A DNA stretch of 64,000 nucleotides from Vicinamibacterales bacterium (lineage in GTDB: Bacteria; Acidobacteriota; Vicinamibacteria; Vicinamibacterales; UBA2999): positions 1,326-65,325 of the forward strand of contig DATJFF010000196.1 of assembly GCA_035495795.1 (NCBI GenBank). The letters run 5' to 3'. Made by a program: the position numbers and the translations under genes. The notes beneath the pieces were generated by a model. That model was not told the origin of the DNA and did not search any database. It saw only the letters and a list, made by a program, of their open reading frames with translations. Positions 58,930 through 64,000 of this stretch are shown here, piece after piece; within the stretch, counting starts at the first letter, position 1; every line of letters starts with the position of its first letter.

Positions 58930-61518
58930 CTACGGCGACAGGCCTTCGACGAGATACAGGTTTCTGAGAAACGTCCAGTAGGTGAAGAGGTAGGTCTCCC
59001 CGTCAGGAGTCATGGCCAGTTCGCCGCGGCCATCGGCGATCCCGACCACGCCCGCCGGGTCCGCCGGCTTCAGCTGCTTCACCAGGGCGGTGCGCCCGGT
59101 CGCGATGTCGAATCGAAGAATCTGTACTGTGGACGACTCACTATCCCTCACGTAGAGAAACCGACCGTCCTCGCTCCATTGGATCGGACGGTATTCCGGA
59201 GGCAGGGATTGCAGCGCCCGCGGCGGCGTGTTGTCGAGCGGCCAGATGATGTAGCCCTCCAGCGGGTCATTCACAAGGACGCTTCGGCCGTCGGGAGCCA
59301 CCAACACTGCGAGCAACCCCTTTTCGGCAATCGGTTCGAGCGCTCCGGTTTCGATCCGCTGAACGTACGAACCAGGTGTGCGGTCAGCGTCCTCGCCGAC
59401 GATCAACAGTCGCTCTCCGTCCGGGAACCAGCGGGCCCAGTAGATGTCGGCCAGCCCCTGAGCAGACAGCTCGCGGGACACGCCCGCGCCCGTGGGGAGG
59501 AGTACCAAATGCGGTTGTGGTGATTCCTGGAGCGCGAGCGCCAACCGCCCATTCGGCGACAGCGCCAGCGCCCGCCCGTCGCCCAGCCGTACGGCATCCG
59601 CGTCATCGAGGGTACGAAGATAGACAACCGGGTTGGCGCTCACGGCCTCTCCCCACTCGTAAAACAGAATCCGCTTGCCGTCACGGGACAGGTCGGCCAC
59701 CGTCGACCAGTCGAGCCAGGTCAGATCGCGTTGCTCCGCTCGGTTCGACCACACCATGTTTCCTCGCGCCAGGCCGTGGGCGACCAGGGCGCGGCCGTCT
59801 CTCGACAGATCCTGGAGGAACAGCGCCCCGGGAACGTCGAACACGAGGCGACGCATACCCGACATCGAAACCGCATAGATGCTGGCGATTCGGGCTCGAT
59901 CGCCGGCAGACACCCAGATCTCGGTGCCATCCGCAGTCCACGCGATATCGCGAATCTGAGCCCACCCGCTCCCGACCGACTGCACGCGGCCCTGAAGATC
60001 GATGACCTTCAGCACACCTTGTTCTGCCGAGATCTCTTCGTACTCGAGGAACGCGATGCGATCGCCCCGCGGCGAAAAGCGCAGGTAGCCAAGCTTGCTT
60101 GCTGTCTTGTAGAGCGTCGTCCCGGGCGGGTAGTCGAGCTGGTACAGCCCATTCGCCGTCCGAATCGCGGCGAGCGTCTGTCCCTCGGGGGACCAGTCGG
60201 CGCTGAGGACGTCCTCCATGATCTCGCGTGGAACGTCTCCGTCCTGCGGCATCTGGGCCAGCGTACCAACGCAGTTCGCCCAATCAAGGCGGCATCCCAG
60301 GATCAGCGCCAGCTCGCCCTTCGAGGAGATGCTGGCGACGCTCGATCCAGCGGGCCCGAGCGGCCGCGACTCGGGGCCGGTGAGCCGTGTCTCGTAACTC
60401 TGAACCGGTGCGCCACCCCAGCTCGCGCTGTAGAGAATGGTCTTGCCGTCCGGCGCGAAACGGGCGCTGACCACATGGCCGCGCCCGAACGTCACCTGCT
60501 TGAACCTGGGCGCGCCCGCTTCGGCCGAGGCCCCAGGGCTGACGGTGCGGGCGGCCAGATACCCGGTAGCGACGAGGGCGGCCGCGAATATGCCGGCCGT
60601 TGCCCACGCCAGAGGGTTGTTGACAACGCGCCGCTTGTCGACCCTCAGCAGTTCGGCGCTGTGGTCTCGCAGGGCGACCAAATCGAGCGCGAGGTCGCGC
60701 GTCGACGCGTACCGATCCCGCGCATCCTTCGCGAGACAACGATTCAACAGCCAGCGCAACGAGGGAGGCAGCGCCGTAATGACGGTGTCTTCCGGCGGAT
60801 CCTCGTTCAAAATCATCGACAGCGTTTCAACCGACGTCGAACGCTGGAAGGCGCGGCTCCCGGAGAGCAGTTCGTAGAGAATCGCGCCGAATGCGAACTG
60901 ATCGGCGCGGGCATCGGCCGGCTCGCCGCGCACTTGCTCTGGAGCCATGTACCCGACCGTGCCCCGGATGACGCCCTGTCCCGATTCGGTGGCCGAGTCC
61001 TGCTCGGACTTGAACAAGGTCGAGCGATCGGTGAGTTTGGCGAGCCCGAAATCGACGATCTTGACGTGCTCGTCGGGAGTGACCATCACGTTTTCGGGCT
61101 TGAGATCGCGGTGTACGACGCCAGCCTCGTGTGCCTTGGCCAGGGCCGCGGCCAGCTGCGTCGCAATGTGCAGCGCCTTCCTGAGCGGCCGCGGGCCGCG
61201 CCGCAGGAACTGGCGGAGGGTCGTGCCCTCGACCAGCTCCATCACGATGTAGAAGCGGCCCTCGCTCTCGCCGGTGTCGTGAATCGTCACGATGCCGGGA
61301 TGGTTGAGCGCAGATGCGGCTCGCGCTTCCTGCTCGAGTCGCCGAAGCGGGGCGCCGCCGCCGACCGCGCCGGGATTCAGCACCTTGAGCGCGACGAGAC
61401 GGTTGAGCCTCGGGTCGTAGGCCCGATAGACCGCGCCCATGCCGCCGGCGCCGAGCGGTTCGACGATCTCGTAGCCGCCGAGTCTCACCCCGCGAGCCAA
61501 CAGCTGGTCAGGGTCCAT
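58930..61518 (-). CDS. Ser/Thr protein kinase with TM segment and C-terminal PD40/TolB-like beta-propeller
   Basis: ORF 58930..62319 trimmed to ATG 61518, because the upstream part overlaps the cation-exchanger gene in another frame. Kinase motifs GAGGMGAVYRA, VALKVL, HRDLKPENVMV, DFGLAK and GTVGYMAPEQ are present. The TM segment is WATAGIFAAALVATGYLAA. PD40-type blocks follow. Confidence 0.9.
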   Translation of the reverse strand: MDPDQLLARGVRLGGYEIVEPLGAGGMGAVYRAYDPRLNRLVALKVLNPGAVGGGAPLRRLEQEARAASALNHPGIVTIHDTGESEGRFYIVMELVEGTTLRQFLRRGPRPLRKALHIATQLAAALAKAHEAGVVHRDLKPENVMVTPDEHVKIVDFGLAKLTDRSTLFKSEQDSATESGQGVIRGTVGYMAPEQVRGEPADARADQFAFGAILYELLSGSRAFQRSTSVETLSMILNEDPPEDTVITALPPSLRWLLNRCLAKDARDRYASTRDLALDLVALRDHSAELLRVDKRRVVNNPLAWATAGIFAAALVATGYLAARTVSPGASAEAGAPRFKQVTFGRGHVVSARFAPDGKTILYSASWGGAPVQSYETRLTGPESRPLGPAGSSVASISSKGELALILGCRLDWANCVGTLAQMPQDGDVPREIMEDVLSADWSPEGQTLAAIRTANGLYQLDYPPGTTLYKTASKLGYLRFSPRGDRIAFLEYEEISAEQGVLKVIDLQGRVQSVGSGWAQIRDIAWTADGTEIWVSAGDRARIASIYAVSMSGMRRLVFDVPGALFLQDLSRDGRALVAHGLARGNMVWSNRAEQRDLTWLDWSTVADLSRDGKRILFYEWGEAVSANPVVYLRTLDDADAVRLGDGRALALSPNGRLALALQESPQPHLVLLPTGAGVSRELSAQGLADIYWARWFPDGERLLIVGEDADRTPGSYVQRIETGALEPIAEKGLLAVLVAPDGRSVLVNDPLEGYIIWPLDNTPPRALQSLPPEYRPIQWSEDGRFLYVRDSESSTVQILRFDIATGRTALVKQLKPADPAGVVGIADGRGELAMTPDGETYLFTYWTFLRNLYLVEGLSP

Positions 61519-61574
61519 GGCGTGCCGCCGGTGTCGATTATGGTCGTGGCCCCCCCGGCGATCAACGGAAGCAG

Positions 61575-62654
61575 TCAGGGCACCATCGACAGGAACAGAA
61601 ACGCTGCGAAGACGACAAGGTGGACGGCGCCCTGCATCATGTGGGTCCGGCCGCTGCCCAGCGTGAACGCGCTGACTACGAAGGTGAGGGCGAGCAGCAC
61701 CAACTCTTTCGGCTCGAGCCCGAGCACCAGCGGCAGATCGAAGATGACCCCCGCCAGGACGACGACTGGAATCGTCAGGCCGATGCTGGCCAGGGCCGAT
61801 CCGACCGCGAGATTGATGCTGGTCTGAAGTCGATCGGCGCGGGCCGCGCGCGCCGCGGCGACGGTCTCCGGCAGCAGCACCAGGAGGGCAATCGCGATGC
61901 CGACCACGGCCTTCGGCGCTCCCGCCGACTCCACCATCCGCTCGATGGTCGGCGACAGCATCTTGGCGAGGCCGACCACCGCCACGAGGGACGCGAGAAG
62001 CAGGCCGAAACTGATCCAGGCATCGCGAGCGCGCGGCGGCGGAGCATGCTCCTCCGGATTGGCGGCGCCGACTGCCGGCAGAAAGTAATCGCGGTGCCTG
62101 ACGGTCTGGATGAAGACGAAGATCGCCCAGAGGAACGCCGAAGCCACGGCGACGAAGAGCAGCTGGGCGGTGGTATAGGTGCCGCCCGCGGAACTCGTCG
62201 TGAAGGCCGGAATCGCCAGCGTCAGTGCCGACATCACCACCAGCGCGGCCATGCCGACCTCCGCGCCTTCGACGCGGAAGCTCTGCTCGCGATGCGCGAG
62301 GCCGCCCAGCAGCAGGCACAACCCGACGACGCCGTTGCAGATGATCATCACCGCCGCGTAGATCGTGTCGCGCGGCAGCTCCGCCATCTCGGCGCCGCCG
62401 GCTACCATCATCGACAGGATCAGCGAGGCCTCGATGACCGTGACGGCGAGCGCGAGCACCAGCGTGCCGAAGGGCTCACCGACGCGATGCGCGATCACCT
62501 CCGCGTGATGAACGGCGGCGATCACCGCGGCGCCAAGCCCGATCCCGCACAACGCCGCGAGCCCGGGGCCAATCGTCCCGAAGGTGGCTGCGACCGCAAG
62601 AAGGACCAATGACGCCGCGGGCGCCAGCCACGTCCAATGCCTGCTGATCATCAT
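61575..62654 (-). CDS. Calcium/cation:proton antiporter (CaCA family, ChaA/y4hA-like)
   Basis: 359 aa with ~10-11 TM helices. The two alpha-repeat-like blocks are VTVIEASLILSMM and LPETVAAARAARADRLQTSINLAVGSALASIGLTIPVV. Confidence 0.85.
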   Translation of the reverse strand: MMISRHWTWLAPAASLVLLAVAATFGTIGPGLAALCGIGLGAAVIAAVHHAEVIAHRVGEPFGTLVLALAVTVIEASLILSMMVAGGAEMAELPRDTIYAAVMIICNGVVGLCLLLGGLAHREQSFRVEGAEVGMAALVVMSALTLAIPAFTTSSAGGTYTTAQLLFVAVASAFLWAIFVFIQTVRHRDYFLPAVGAANPEEHAPPPRARDAWISFGLLLASLVAVVGLAKMLSPTIERMVESAGAPKAVVGIAIALLVLLPETVAAARAARADRLQTSINLAVGSALASIGLTIPVVVLAGVIFDLPLVLGLEPKELVLLALTFVVSAFTLGSGRTHMMQGAVHLVVFAAFLFLSMVP

Positions 62655-62780
62655 CGACCTCTAGCGGACCGCGGGCCAGCCCGACGACTCGCAATACTTC
62701 ACCGCACACCTCGGTTTGCGTGCTACGTTCGATAACCTGCCGGGCCGATCGGGCGCCCTCCTGAACAGAAGGAAAACACC

Positions 62781-63611
62781 ATGAGCACGGTGACGACGAG
62801 CGACGGGACAACTATCTTTTACAAGGACTGGGGACCGAAGACCGCGCCGCCAATCGTATTCCATCACGGCTGGCCGCTCAGCGGCGACGACTGGGATGCC
62901 CAGATGCTCTTCTTCCTGGCAGAGGGATATCGGGTCATCGCCCACGATCGCCGCGGCCATGGCAGGTCGAGCCAGGTGTGGGATGGGCACGACATGGATC
63001 ACTACGCCGCGGACGCCGCCGCGGTCGTCTCCGCGCTCGACCTCCGCAACGCGATACACGTCGGCCATTCGACGGGCGGCGGCGAGGCTGCGCACTACGC
63101 CGCGCGCCACGGCAAGGATCGGGTCGCGAAGGTCGTCCTGATCGGCGCGGTGCCGCCGATCATGGTGAAGACGGCGGCGAATCCCGGTGGCCTGCCAGTC
63201 GAAGTGTTCGACGGCTTCCGGCAGCAGCTCGCCGCCAACCGTGCTCAGTTCTATCGCGACGTCGCGAGCGGCCCGTTCTACGGCTTCAATCGCCCTGGGG
63301 CGCAGGTGTCCGAAGCGGTCATCGACAACTGGTGGCGGCAAGGCATGATGGGCGGCGCCAAGGCGCACTACGATGGCATCAAGGCGTTCTCGGAAACCGA
63401 CTTCACCGGCGATCTGAAGGCGATCGCTGTGCCGACGCTCGTCATGCACGGCGACGACGACCAGATCGTGCCAATCGCGGATTCCGCGCTCCTTTCGGCA
63501 AAGCTCCTCCGGAGCGGGACCCTCAAGGTCTACGAGAAGTTCTCGCACGGCATGTGCACGATCAACGCCGACGTCATCAACCGTGATCTGCTCGCGTTCA
63601 TCCGGAGCTGA
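62781..63611 (+). CDS. Alpha/beta hydrolase of the non-haem chloroperoxidase / arylesterase type
   Basis: [41 protein letters not shown]...[15 protein letters not shown]...[10 protein letters not shown]...[11 protein letters not shown] matches this family closely. Confidence 0.9.
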   Translation: MSTVTTSDGTTIFYKDWGPKTAPPIVFHHGWPLSGDDWDAQMLFFLAEGYRVIAHDRRGHGRSSQVWDGHDMDHYAADAAAVVSALDLRNAIHVGHSTGGGEAAHYAARHGKDRVAKVVLIGAVPPIMVKTAANPGGLPVEVFDGFRQQLAANRAQFYRDVASGPFYGFNRPGAQVSEAVIDNWWRQGMMGGAKAHYDGIKAFSETDFTGDLKAIAVPTLVMHGDDDQIVPIADSALLSAKLLRSGTLKVYEKFSHGMCTINADVINRDLLAFIRS

Positions 63612-63650
63612 CCTTCGTGTTGACGTGGCACGCATGGTAGCGTCTGTGCG

Positions 63651-64000
63651 ATGCCTGACGGACGGAACCGTTCCATGGACCCGGCGCCGGGTGCGTCGTG
63701 GTCCGTGGCGGCAACCCTCGTCCTCGTCATCGGCGCGTTCCTTCGGCTCGCACGGCTGGACCTGATCGAGTTCAAGGGCGACGAACAGGAAGCGCTCAAC
63801 CTCGGCATCCGGCTGCTCGAGAACCCGCCCTGGACGGCCGCGGGCGAGCTCCCGCAGCACGGCATGCCCAGCTCGCAGGGAATCGCCAACGCTCCCCTCT
63901 TCAACTGGATCATGGCGGCGGCGTGGGCGCTCACCGGTCATCCGATCGGCGCCACCGCGCTGATCGGTGCGGCGAATGCGGCGGCACTGTATCCGCTGTG
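63651..64000 (+). CDS. Partial (5' end) membrane glycosyltransferase, ArnT/PMT (GT39/GT83)-like
   Basis: This frame is open from ATG 63651 to the window edge and is not in the ORF track. It encodes the TM helix WSVAATLVLVIGAFLRLARL followed by a loop with a DE motif (IEFKGDEQEALNLG), which is typical of ArnT-like N-termini. Confidence 0.5.
   Translation, partial: MPDGRNRSMDPAPGASWSVAATLVLVIGAFLRLARLDLIEFKGDEQEALNLGIRLLENPPWTAAGELPQHGMPSSQGIANAPLFNWIMAAAWALTGHPIGATALIGAANAAALYPL

Noticed and set aside
58930-62319. A 1129-aa version of the Ser/Thr kinase ORF.
   Set aside because: The first 267 codons are low-complexity (R/G/A/P) and overlap the cation antiporter gene (61575..62654) in another frame. 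The kinase domain starts right after ATG 61518.

Overview
This 64-kb window is visibly GC-rich (about two-thirds G+C by eye, not computed) and densely coding. I can support roughly 58 protein genes on both strands. I find no rRNA, tRNA, CRISPR array, transposase or integrase.

The gene repertoire suggests an Acidobacteriota-like chromosome (inference; family names are from memory, no search was run):
- three PadR regulators, each paired with a duplicated FtsX/MacB-type 'ADOP' permease
- a VWFA-related acidobacterial-type protein
- PD40/TolB beta-propellers, one secreted, one fused to an HTH domain and one fused to a Ser/Thr kinase
- many secreted hydrolases and small outer-membrane beta-barrels

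Clear housekeeping or near-housekeeping genes are transaldolase, FtsH and an Lnt-like N-acyltransferase.

The regulatory load is very high:
- 3 ECF sigma factors, two of them with paralogous soluble ZAS-type anti-sigmas
- 3 PadR, 2 AraC and 1 MarR regulators
- 3 histidine kinases (two hybrid) and 1 stand-alone receiver
- 1 wHTH-FHA regulator and 1 Ser/Thr kinase

Signals most worth a second look:
1. A ~136-bp near-palindrome built from GTGARAR heptads at 26304-26439. Its ~40-nt terminal hairpin module recurs at 44906-44946 with a compensatory stem change, and every copy lies just 5' of a gene.
2. Two tandem perfect palindromes, one covering the start codon of padR-1.
3. The duplicated ZAS sigma/anti-sigma modules, whose anti-sigmas carry an unassigned C-terminal domain.
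4. A mini-EmbR-like wHTH-FHA regulator next to a kinase-PD40 gene cluster.
5. A bacterial lysyl-oxidase homologue with intact cofactor residues.
6. An FMN-reductase gene inactivated by an internal deletion.
7. An Lnt-like gene translationally coupled to a shikimate-kinase-like P-loop gene.

I did not find a single self-evident novel multi-gene system such as a defence island. The calls above are hypotheses ranked by how much the sequence itself supports them. Many very long ORFs in the six-frame track are GC-driven artefacts and were rejected.
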